This document shows positions 9,795-19,934 of a stretch of DNA of 64,000 nucleotides, piece by piece. Each line of letters opens with the position of its first letter. The first letter of the stretch is position 1. Position numbers and translations under genes: made by a program. The DNA is from Plasmodiophora brassicae (Eukaryota). Location: positions 1 through 64,000 of the forward strand of contig CP145412.1 in assembly GCA_036867785.1 (NCBI GenBank). The letters are read 5' to 3'. The notes below the pieces were generated by a model. That model ran no database searches. It worked only from the letters and a program-made list of their open reading frames with translations, and was not told where the DNA came from.

Positions 9795-12700
9795 ATTCTT
9801 GCACTGGGCGCTTCGGATTGCTGCGATATTTCAGCAAGGAGGGCGGCGGTTCATCGACGCCAGGCAGGCATCCACATGTCGAGGCGACGGCCACGTGTGC
9901 TTGGTGGGTCTGCCCTCTCAGTGCTTGGAGCGGCGCGCGCGAGCGATTGCTGTCATCCGAGGGCGGGCCTGCAGGGCGCCGCTCAGCTGCGGATCAGGTC
10001 AGCACGACGCTTCCATGAGCAGTCTATATATGTCGGCAGGGAGGACTGCTGCCCTGCTCGTGTTCATGGTGGAAAGGCGGGAGATGTTGAGGTCATATGT
10101 ATCCAAAGCATGTTGTGCCTGGGCGCAAGTGCGAAATGCAACGACACGTTCTTCTCTTGGAGATACAGATCGTTTGCTGGCGCTGCATGTGGGGCCGCAG
10201 ACAGAAGGAGGCGCGTCCTGTCAAGCACGGGTTAGAGGGGGGCCTGGCTCTGTGCGTCAGACGACGAATTGCACCTGTCACGGCGGTGCAGGACCTTACG
10301 ACTCGGGCGCGTCGATAGGCTTTCCTGCAGGACGTGTTGTTCTTGTAGTGGGTGCGTCGTCCCGCGTCGCTGGTCGGCGCGGGCGCGGGCAGGCGCGTCT
10401 GGACGTGGATGATAGGCGATTTGCGACGCCGAACCACAACGGCATGTCGGTCGGCCGTGCACGACAATGCAGTGGCCGGCGTTCGCGACCCGCAGCGATG
10501 ACTTGTGATCGGTCGCGCCGACGGCGCACAACGGAGCCGGCGCCTCCTTCAGGTTCTTGACCGGCGTCCGCCGTCATGCGATGGTTGAATACAGTCCCCG
10601 TATCAGGCTCATGTATGGACTCGACACAATGTATATATATCGCACACATCGGCACAATCGCAAGCGACTCGTTCGCGATCGATGTCGTTCCGCACAACCA
10701 GTCGACTACGACCTGGCCTAGGGCCTGGCGAGAACGTCTGCAAACTGGGTCACTGGATGCGAGGCGTTGCTGGGAATCTGCCACGATCAACTGTACCACA
10801 TGTGTGCTGCGATGCCTGGTATGACTGCACTGCTCAGCTGGTCTGACCGGAGGTTGACACGCAGGTAGGCGCGAGGCTGGTGTCCTCGATCTGCAAAGGG
10901 TGATGCGTCCTGCACGGATGTCGGCGATCTCCTGCCGTTGAGTGCCGGTGCTGCGCGCGACTTCGACCTCATTTGATTGTATTGAACGGTTCTGGTTGTG
11001 GCAATATGCCGGCAGGGATGGTGTCGGGACGTCGTCGGTGGCAGGGCGGCGTGCGCATGTCGAGGGCTAACAACTGGCGCTGGGAACGACGGGCCTGATG
11101 TATGATACGCTCGACAGACTGGCGCTCTGTATGGAAGCAGACGTGGAGCTCAGCGACGCCCTTGGATGGTGTGCCTGCCCATCGGCGCACGGTGCAGGGC
11201 ACTGGCGCACGCCCTCGATTGCCAATGTCGACAGGGGGCCAGGACGCCGCCACAGAAGTGATGCTGGCTCCGTCCAGCCTAGGCAGGGTGACGGCTGCCT
11301 TGCGGGGACTGTTTGTCGACTTGAGACGGCGGAGGACGGCACGAGTGCCCTTTGAACATGAAGCTCCGTGCTTCAGGCGAACAAACATTCTTCTCCTGGA
11401 GGTGAAGGACGTCCTCCCAGACGAGCTTAACGCGACGGCAAGCATCCATCAGGGCGTGCTGCGGTCATAGTGGCACCGGGAACGCGACGGCAGATGTCCA
11501 GGGCGATATATGTGTTGCGTTCGAAGTGGGTGCGATGACCCGTGTCGGTGGTCGGAGAGTCGTCGCGGCGATGGACGTGAAACGTTCGCAGGAAATATGG
11601 GCTACCAGCGCTGTGCCACGTGCGTTTGACGAGGCACAAACCTGACTGGGGTTGCTCGTCTTGCCTGATCTACTATGGTTCACACACATGCGGCGCCGAT
11701 GTCGGCGACGGGCACTGCTCCCTCTCCCAGTTTCATCGAATGCTGTCGCGCGGTGCTGGCTAACGCCAGGACAACCTGCAGGCAAGACGTACGCGTGTGT
11801 CGACCTGGTCTGCTTGTAATTCAAACGGTTCTGGTTCAGGCAGATGTCGGCAGGGATGGTGGCAGGTCGTCGACGGTGGCAGACGTTTCCATGTCGGGCA
11901 GTAGTAACGGGCGAAACTGCCCTGCTGGACGACCTGCAGGACAGGAACACGCTGCTCGCTGGCATACGGGAAGCCTGGCGACGCCCTTGGTTGGCCGTCC
12001 CGTCGGCGATGCATGGTGCAGAGCACGGGCGCGTCGGACCAAATGCAACGATCGGCGGGCAGTCAGGACGCCGCCCCAGTCCTCGAGAAGGCTATGTCAC
12101 TGGTCGGCGGCGACGTCGGCCCGGGTGCAGGCAGGCGCGACGTCAGGGACGACCTGCGCCGTGTGATGCCGAACACAACGGAATGTCGGGCGGCCTTGCA
12201 GGACGACGCAGAGGACGGCTTTCGCGACTTGCAGCGACGACGCGTAGACGATCGCGCCGAGATGGGGCATGGCGCAGAGGACCATCCTGCTGATCTTCCA
12301 CGCGCGCAGCCTCGGTTGCTTGACATACGTCGGTCCGAGCAGGAACTCCGTCCGGCGGCAGGTCGACGAACACACGATCGACGTCGCGGCGTTCCTCCAG
12401 TCGCTGAACGCCGGCGCCATCGAATGGGGAGGCTTCGCGCACGAACTTTGCCTGATCGGCGCTGTCGGGGGTGATCTCAACGAGGTCGGGTGCGCGACCA
12501 AGCCCACCTTCGAGGTCGTTCGGATGGCGATCGGGCTCGCCGTTCTCACGTTTCCTCAATGCGTCTTGGTGCATTATCAGCACGTGTCCGACGATCGACA
12601 GGATCCTGTCGTCGAAGGACCTCGAAGGTGAGCTTGGTCGCGCACCCGACCTCGCTGAGATTGCCCCGACAACGCCAATCACAACGTTTGTCGTGGGCGA

Positions 12701-13450
12701 AGTCTTCCCATTCGATGATGCCGGCGTTCAGTGACTTGAGGAGCGCCGTGAGGAGAGCCGCGACGTCGACCTGCCGCCCGGCGGAATTCCTGTTCGGACC
12801 AAGATACGTCAAGGAACCAAGGCTGCGCTCATGGTAGAATCATCAGGATGATCGTCTGCTCCAGGTCCCCTTTGGACAGATCGACCGGCGACGGCCAGTG
12901 TCCGGACACGTCCTTGACCAGTTTCGTGCGGGACGGTTCACGCGTTAGATGTCGTCACGGTTGTCGGCGTACAGGGTCATTGGCTAGAAGGTATTGTGGG
13001 CAGAGTTCCGACTGAAATCTGTGTGGTCGTAGGCGGCCGCGTTGGCCCGCGGCGCCGGTCGACGACGACCACGGTGAGGACGCAAGCAGGGCAGACAGGC
13101 GCGACAGGTCGTTGGCGACACGCGAGGTGCGAGTCCTGTGCAGAACGTGTGAGGACCTGGTCCTTTGCATTAGACAACATTCCGTACCCGTGCATGGCGT
13201 TGGCCCAGAAGTGTTCGGCGCGTCGGCAGACGTCCTGCGGGATGCTTTACGATGCCGCAATAGTCGCTGGTACGGCGATCAGACGCCTCGGGACGTCGAC
13301 GACTTGCGACATGCGATGCCGAACACAACGCAGGCTGGCAGGCAGGCACCGCTCGACGCGCAGACAGGGAGGTCGGCGACAACCTTGGCTGGTCAGCCAG
13401 CCATCGTCGCATGGTGCAGGGCTGGAGCGCGTCATGCCAAATCGTAGCAA
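9600..13450 (+). repeat. Cluster of decayed copies of an unidentified subtelomeric gene/repeat family
   Basis: Recurring blocks: GACGACCTGCAGGACAGG (9612, 11928); CCTTGG(C/A/T)TGG...GGTGCAG (9670, 11160, 11985, 13383); GCCGAAC(C)ACAACG (10427, 12168, 13318); AACGGTTCTGGTT...CGGCAGGGATGGTG (10985, 11824). Confidence 0.75.
12281..12852. repeat. Diverged inverted duplication, ~240-bp arms (about 12281-12522 and 12613-12852)
   Basis: + arm reads RSLGCLTYVGPSRNS...LQSLNAGAIEWGGFAH...LNEVGCATKPTFEV; - arm reads TYLGPNRNS...LKSLNAGIIEWEDFAH...LSEVGCATKLTFEV. Confidence 0.85.
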
Positions 13451-13599
13451 ACGTCGGACGACGAGTGCGTCACCTGGCCTGCGCCACGTTGTACACGTCC
13501 CGCTTCGAGTCAGGAGACGGCAGACCTGTGACGTCCAGCGCGTCAGAGGACGCCTGGATGACTGTGCAGCAGGCGATGACTTGTACCTATCCTTGAGGT

Positions 13600-13830
13600 G
13601 CAGTGCGATCACGAAGACGTGTCGGAAACGTCGCCTGGAGTCCAGCAGACCGTATTGAGGTCGTTGTGGTCGCGTTGACCCGTGCCTCTGTTCGGCGGCG
13701 ACGTCGTCGCGAACGTACAGGGCAGGCAGGCGCATCTGGGCCAGGACGACTAATTGTGCCGACCGGGCGGCAGTGTACGTTGTCGCCGTTGGCGGCAGCG
13801 TCGTTTCTGCGGCGCTGACGACGCCCACCT
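13600..13830 (+). repeat. Left arm of a ~230-bp inverted repeat paired with 18310-18538
   Basis: GACGTGTCGGAAACGTCGCCTGG.GTCCAGCAG..CGTATTGAGGTCG and GGCAGGCAGGCGCATCTGGGCC.GGACGACT are reverse-complemented at 18310-18538. Confidence 0.85.
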
Positions 13831-14107
13831 CGGAGTGGGCACCTGCTCGGCACGGTCCCATTCACAGCAGTCCGCCGCCAGCCTCCGCAGACACGGCATG
13901 TGCCCCGGCATGGAGCGAAGCGCCAATAGAACGGTTAAACGGGGACCTTCGATCCGCGTGTTTAGGTGCCGATGGTTTCTTGTTGTCACCTGTCAGGAGG
14001 GCCAGCCGATATCATTTTATGACCGGTCGCTGTCACTCGAATCGGCCACGGGACGCTAGCCAACCGATGGCCGTGATGCTTGGCAGACACGTGCAGCTGG
14101 AGCGCCT

Positions 14108-14728
14108 GTGGACGATATAGCTCCAGGCGCTGCATGTCCAGCCGTTCAACCAGCCGCGTCCCGTGGCGCGTTGTGCTGGCGAAGACGCATACGCCGTCCT
14201 CTCGTGGATCTGCAACCGGTACCCGGGCTGCAGGGCAGCGACGGGCGTTACCCGACGTCCCGGTTCCACCTGGCGCGTTGCGTCGCGTCCATGCGCCTGC
14301 TGCACCCGCTTCTCTTCTGGCGGGTTCGGCTGATGCATCCTGGGCGGCCGGACTACCACAATGTACTCGGTTACGTTTCAATCCAACTCCAAGACTACGA
14401 CATCCTGCTAGGACATGAACCTGACGCGGCCGACTCGACGACGGTGCCATGCATCATGCCGACCTGGCGGGATCCGACCTTCCGGTTGAGTGGCCGTCAG
14501 CGTCGGTGGATGCACGTGCTGGGCACGGCGATCCGGGCAACCGTCGCCAAGTGCCTGCACGGGGCGCCGTTGTCGATTTCGGCCCAGGGCGTCGCGGCGC
14601 TGGCCGGCCCGGCTTCCATCGCGTTCGTCGAGCCCGAGAACGAGGCCGCCACCGTCGCCGCCGACGAGGACGACAACGTGCAAGACCAGGCGTTCGGGGA
14701 CGCCAGCAATGGCTGGCACCCGCCGTGA
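14108..14728 (+). CDS. Hypothetical protein or gene fragment
   Basis: 206-aa ORF with globular-looking composition and an acidic tail. No family recognised; start uncertain. Confidence 0.35.
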   Translation: MDDIAPGAACPAVQPAASRGALCWRRRIRRPLVDLQPVPGLQGSDGRYPTSRFHLARCVASMRLLHPLLFWRVRLMHPGRPDYHNVLGYVSIQLQDYDILLGHEPDAADSTTVPCIMPTWRDPTFRLSGRQRRWMHVLGTAIRATVAKCLHGAPLSISAQGVAALAGPASIAFVEPENEAATVAADEDDNVQDQAFGDASNGWHPP

Positions 14729-15241
14729 CCGGCCCGCCGCCCGCGCCGCTCTACTGAGCGCGCGCTGCCGTGTTAAAGATCTGTCCCCACGCTCCCCAAC
14801 CCGGCCGTCGTAGCGGGCGCTGTCGTTCCGGTCGAGCTGGTCGACGTCGATCGGATCTTCCCTACCAAATACGTCCTCAACTCCGAGTGCAGGATGTGGA
14901 AGCTCTCGACGATTCACACAACGATGTCGGGCGCAAGCTCGTCGAACACGTCGTACAGTAAACGGTTACGAATGCCCCACAGGGCCGGATCGACTCGACG
15001 AGGCGACCGTCAGCGAACGTTCACACTCTCCAAGATGGCAACGAGCTGCTTGCTCAGCGCTCAGGTGGACTCCAGGGTGGTCGATGGAATCCAGGACGAT
15101 AAATATCGACCGTCAGACCGTTATTATTGCTGTCGTGCGCCATGCCATCATCCCACGAGCAGGACAGGACCTGCCTCTGAACGAGCACCTTTCAAATATT
15201 CAGGTCGACGTCTGGGCGCACGTCTTGACCGGTCGAACGCG

Positions 15242-17620
15242 TTACGGCACGGGGGACCCGTCCAGGTGGGACGCCTCGTCGCGCGTCCTGGACGAGACTG
15301 GGACGCTTCCGGGTGGCCGTTCGGTGCCCTCTCCGTTCCGGGGCCATCCGGGCAGGTGCCTCTCGATCTTCCACTCCGTCAGCACCTGCACCTCGTCGTC
15401 GTGCAGGCGACGATCGCCGACTTGCAGATGGTACGCGAACACCAGCAACTGGCCGAGCAGGGCGCCGAACAGGTGTCCAACGTCGCGACGGCGCCCGTAC
15501 TCGTCCTCGGCGGCGTTGATCCAGTACAGAGCGCACGCGCCCAGGCTCCAACGGTCCGACGCGAACGTGTACCGGCGCTCGGGCGCCAGTGCCTCCGGGG
15601 CGATGAACCCGTCGGTGCCATACAGGACGCCGTCGCCGCCGTCCACCAGGTCGGACGCGCGGCAGGCGGCGTCGAAATCGGTGAGGCGCCACCGACGGTC
15701 CTCCATTGAGTACATGAGGTTGTTGACGGAGATGTCCCGGTGCACGATGCCGGCGCGTTCCATCGTCTGCAACGCGTCCAGACCGTCGACGAACAATCGA
15801 ATCAGGACGGCGGCCATGCCCGCCAGCGACAGATCGGCCAGGTTGATACGATCCAGGCGTTGCTCGACGAACACGATGCCGGCGTCGCCCCGGTCCTCGA
15901 CAAGGCGGACGACGCCCGGGCCCTGTGCCGCTCGCAGCAGGTCGATCTCGAGCTGCCTGCTCTTCGGCTTTCTTTTGACGGCGACGCGGGACCCGTCCGG
16001 CCGCCGCAGAAGGCACACCGACACGCCCGACGACGAGTCGAATTCGGCCTCAACGATGTCCCGGGTGCGAGGGCGCTTCGGCGGACTCTGTGACGACGGC
16101 CCCGAGGAACGTTGCGAGGAACGCGCCGATGAGCGCAGCGGGTCTGTGTGCCGGCAGACGCCCGGCGTCGAATGAGCATGACTGGATCTCGAGCGCGGCG
16201 GCGACCTGAACGTCTTCGGATAGGGGAACGGCGGCGACAGGTCGGCCTTGTGGTCGTCGAGCAGGCGGTCGTACTCGGCAGCGTACTGACGGACGGCGTC
16301 GGCAAAAGTGAACAGCGGGCGAAGGTACTCCAGCTTGACGGTGCCGTCTTCGGCAAAGACGCGGGCACTGGGCCCTCGGACCGAACGGCCGTCGTAGCGG
16401 GCGCTGTCGTTCCGGTCGAGCTGGTCGACGTCGATCGGATCACCGGGCGGGACGACCAGCGGAACCGGATCCTGCTCCACGTCGTTGCCGAACAGATCAA
16501 ACGACGGCAACGGGTGCAGGACGAGCGAGGCGCGCACAGTCTCGTCCGACTTGTCACGGTCGTCCTCGTCGGCGAGGTCTGGGACCAGAACATACGGCTG
16601 AGCTTGGCCACCGCCACACAGCAGACCGAAGACGCGTAGCCGGGCGCGATCGTCGCGAGGCGCTTGGCGCAGGACGCCCAGCTGAGCGATGAGGGAGGCG
16701 GCCATGTCGACAGCCATCTTCCGGAAGTCCTTGTGGTCGCAGTCTTCCATCACGTCGTGCGCGCCGATCTCGGCCAGCAATATGGGGAGACGACGGGCGC
16801 GCCGCATCGGATCATCGTTGCCGGTCACCGGCGTCGCCGACAGCGTCACCGCGTAGTCGACGAACTGGTCAGGAAACCCGTCCAGCACCTTGGCAAGCGC
16901 AAACTCGACATGCGAGAAGATGCTGGGCGATTGCGATTCGGGGACGCGCAACGCCGCGTCCAGCACGCGATCCCACACCCGGCCGTGGAATTGGAGCTCG
17001 GGGCGGCAGAGCGGGCTCGGGACGAAAGTCCTGAGCGGCAGCGCGGCCAGCAGGTACGCGATCGTGACGCTCAGGTTGCTGTTGTGGCTCGGGCGCAGGA
17101 TGTGGCTGGCAGAGAATGAGAAATCACGGTCGGGCATGGCGGCCTCGTGCAGGTCGTCGGGCATTGGTAGTTGGAGCGGGGAGAACCGCCTCTGCGAATC
17201 AAACAGGCCGGCGAGAGCAAACGCCGCCATGTGGACGACCCCGTACCCGGCTAAGGAGTGCGCTCTGGCCACCGAAACGATCTTGTAGGGTGCGCCTCGA
17301 CGGCGAGGATTCGCTGCCAGATACGTCGACGCCACATCTGTCGCGACCACGGCAATGCTGCCGCACGTGAACGGGACGGCAGGCAACGGTGCGGGCCGAT
17401 GCAGGCACGAATAGAAGTTGTCGATGAACGCGGTCCGGCCCTCGCTGGGCGCCTCGTCATCCCAGACGAAGCAATCGTGAAGGTTATCTCGTTTCTGGTC
17501 TCGAAGGAAACGGCCGCCAAGGCTGCCAATGAGACGAGCCCGCCCTTGGCTGAGGTCGCGTACGACGACGGCGACCTCCTGGGCTGTCGTCGTGTCGGTG
17601 ATGCGTCTGTTGCAGTCCAT
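15242..17620 (-). CDS. Crinkler/CR-type protein: putative PD-(D/E)xK nuclease-like domain plus protein kinase domain
   Basis: Kinase motifs VAVKRK, IVHRDISVNNLMY, LTDFD, GTDGFIAPE, SDRWSLG. Upstream FVDYAV...PILLAEIG...HKDFRKMAVDM...VFGLLCGG resembles the REase-like domain of CR effectors. Confidence 0.75.
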   Translation of the reverse strand: MDCNRRITDTTTAQEVAVVVRDLSQGRARLIGSLGGRFLRDQKRDNLHDCFVWDDEAPSEGRTAFIDNFYSCLHRPAPLPAVPFTCGSIAVVATDVASTYLAANPRRRGAPYKIVSVARAHSLAGYGVVHMAAFALAGLFDSQRRFSPLQLPMPDDLHEAAMPDRDFSFSASHILRPSHNSNLSVTIAYLLAALPLRTFVPSPLCRPELQFHGRVWDRVLDAALRVPESQSPSIFSHVEFALAKVLDGFPDQFVDYAVTLSATPVTGNDDPMRRARRLPILLAEIGAHDVMEDCDHKDFRKMAVDMAASLIAQLGVLRQAPRDDRARLRVFGLLCGGGQAQPYVLVPDLADEDDRDKSDETVRASLVLHPLPSFDLFGNDVEQDPVPLVVPPGDPIDVDQLDRNDSARYDGRSVRGPSARVFAEDGTVKLEYLRPLFTFADAVRQYAAEYDRLLDDHKADLSPPFPYPKTFRSPPRSRSSHAHSTPGVCRHTDPLRSSARSSQRSSGPSSQSPPKRPRTRDIVEAEFDSSSGVSVCLLRRPDGSRVAVKRKPKSRQLEIDLLRAAQGPGVVRLVEDRGDAGIVFVEQRLDRINLADLSLAGMAAVLIRLFVDGLDALQTMERAGIVHRDISVNNLMYSMEDRRWRLTDFDAACRASDLVDGGDGVLYGTDGFIAPEALAPERRYTFASDRWSLGACALYWINAAEDEYGRRRDVGHLFGALLGQLLVFAYHLQVGDRRLHDDEVQVLTEWKIERHLPGWPRNGEGTERPPGSVPVSSRTRDEASHLDGSPVP

Positions 17621-18309
17621 GTCGGTCGGGGTGCGGGCGGGCGGCGGCGGCGGGCGGCGGCGGGCGGCGGGCGGCGGCGGTATGCGAGTGCGGGCGGCAT
17701 CCCCGAGAGCCCCCTCCCCGAGTCCGCGTCACGCAACATCCCATGCAGCCCTCATCAAGGAACATTCCGGCACGGATCAGTCAGCACGTGCTGTTCAAGA
17801 CCGGTCGACGCACGGGCGGGCCACAGGTTGCGTCTGACCTGCACGCACTGCAGGTGCACCGGGACGGCCCAACCCGGAGGTGGCCCTGCGTGCACCAACG
17901 ATTACCGTCGAGTTGCACGTCGTTGCACCGTGTGGACATCCGGTGCGTGCGCTGACACCCAATCATACTAAATAAAGCAAGAAAAGGGCTGTTCGAGGAT
18001 GTGTTCACTTCAGACATGGCGTTGATTCTGGAGTTTTGCAAACAGGAGGCCAAAATGGGACCACGCGCGTGCTCTCGTCATGATGTTCCCAGCGGCCTAG
18101 CGCCCCCGATTACATATGCCAGAAGTATACTGGACCGAATTCGCTGCATCGTGAATGTATCGGACAGCGTTACTTTGTGGATAATGATTAATGAGTGAAT
18201 AGGCCCTTCTGACAGGTGACAACCCGTGAAGCAAGAAGAAATCGCCAATCGGCAATCGGCATCCAAAAACGCGGGTCAAAGGTCCGTGCTTCTTTTAGGC
18301 GCTGGGCTC

Positions 18310-18538
18310 CGTGGTGGGTGTCGTCTGCGCGCGGCAGACGACACGACGACGCTGCCGCCAACGCCGCCTACGGCGACACCGTACACTGCCGCCCGATCGA
18401 CACCGTACGGCACAAGTCGTCCAGGCCCAGATGCGCCTGCCTGCCCTGTCCGCTCCACGGGTCAACGCGGCCACTACGACCTCAATACGGCTGCTGGACG
18501 CCAGGCGACGTTTCCGACACGTCTGCGATATCGCAATG
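18310..18538 (-). repeat. Right arm of the inverted repeat paired with 13600-13830
   Basis: Reverse complement of 13600-13830 with indels. Confidence 0.85.
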
Positions 18539-18643
18539 TACCCAAATCCCCGTACCTTGACGTGCCGGGATCACTGAACGAAGTCGCCACACAAATGTAC
18601 TTGCCAATGCCACTCCCAGGCACGGTGATCCTCTGCAGTCGGA

Positions 18644-19480
18644 AGCGCCAGCAGGCGGCCAGCGGTCGCTTCTCCAACGGCGCTGTTGTCGATCGACATG
18701 CTGCGCGCCATCATTGTATGCATTCCGCCATTGATACCGCCGGACGCGATCGTTCCTCTGCAGTCGGACAAATCCCCGCATCTCGACGTGCCTGGATATC
18801 TAAACCAGGTCGCCAGACAAACGTACCTGCCCATGCCGCTCCCAGGCACGGTGACAGGTCGAACGAACATTAACGCCATCTTCAACACGTTGACCGCAAT
18901 CCAAGCGGTCAATCACGCCAAGCACGGGACGCTGGAGGGCAGAAAAGACCGGGTCGTCGACTGGCATTCGATGTACACCGACCCCCGTTGCTCCGTCCTT
19001 TACCAACGACCGGCTCACGACATGCTGCTCGGCCAGCGAAATGGCCGGCCTCTATGCGAACGAAGAGCCTGGCCATTTCGCTGGCCAAGCAGCACCGTGT
19101 CGTGAGTCGGTCGTTGGTACAGGACCGAGCAATGCGGGTCGGTGTACATCGAATGCCAGTCGACGACCTGGTCTTTTCTGCCCTCCAGCGTCCCGTGCTT
19201 GGCGTGATTAACCGCTTGGATTGCGGTCAACGTGTTGAAGATGATGTTGACGTTCTTCCGACCTGTCACCGTGCCGGGGAAAGGCATGGGCAGGTAGGTT
19301 GGTCTGGCGACCTGGTTTAGAGATCCAGGCACGTCGAGATGCGGGATTTCAGGTCCTGAATTGCTTGGAATCTGTCCGACTGCAGAGGAACGATCGCGTC
19401 CAGCGGTATCAATGGCGGAATGCATACAACGATGGCGCGCAGCATGTCGATCAAGCGACCGCTGGCCGCCTGCTGGCGCT
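18644..19480. repeat. ~840-bp imperfect palindrome (arms about 18644-19053 and 19064-19480, ~10-nt loop)
   Basis: Both strands give the same peptide (LDVPG.LNQVAR.TYLPMP.PGTVTGR.N.N.IFNTLTAIQAVNHAKHGTLEGRKD.VVDWHSMYTDP.CSVLYQRP). A partial direct copy lies at about 18540-18630. Confidence 0.93.
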
Positions 19481-19934
19481 CTATATCTGTAATCTGCTCC
19501 GTGCTTGGTCCAACGTTCGTGTTCACGTTTCCCCTGCGCATCGTCGGTGATTCGTATCTGGTCCACCACCAGTTCACCGTGCCACCTGCTCTCATGTTGA
19601 ACATCGTCAATGTCTTCGAAATGAAATATATTTCCGGGTTATGCTTTAGGAGAGGGTCAAGCCCAGGAATTCGATGACTGGCCAGCAATGGAAGGGGCCA
19701 CACTTGGCCGCCATGGTGCCGTGCTCGTCTCAGTCTACTATGCATGCCGTTGATCGTTGACGGAAGTCGCAACAACGGCGCCACATCTCGTGTAAGCCCC
19801 AGGGGGTGAACGCAGCAGACGACCGGATCGGCAGTTCGTCACATAGGAGGGAGCCCGTGTGACGGGCTGCACAGCTGCTTTGACGACGGAGGAACCTCAG
19901 GAACCCTCAGTAGTAGTCCCTAATAAGGGTGACG

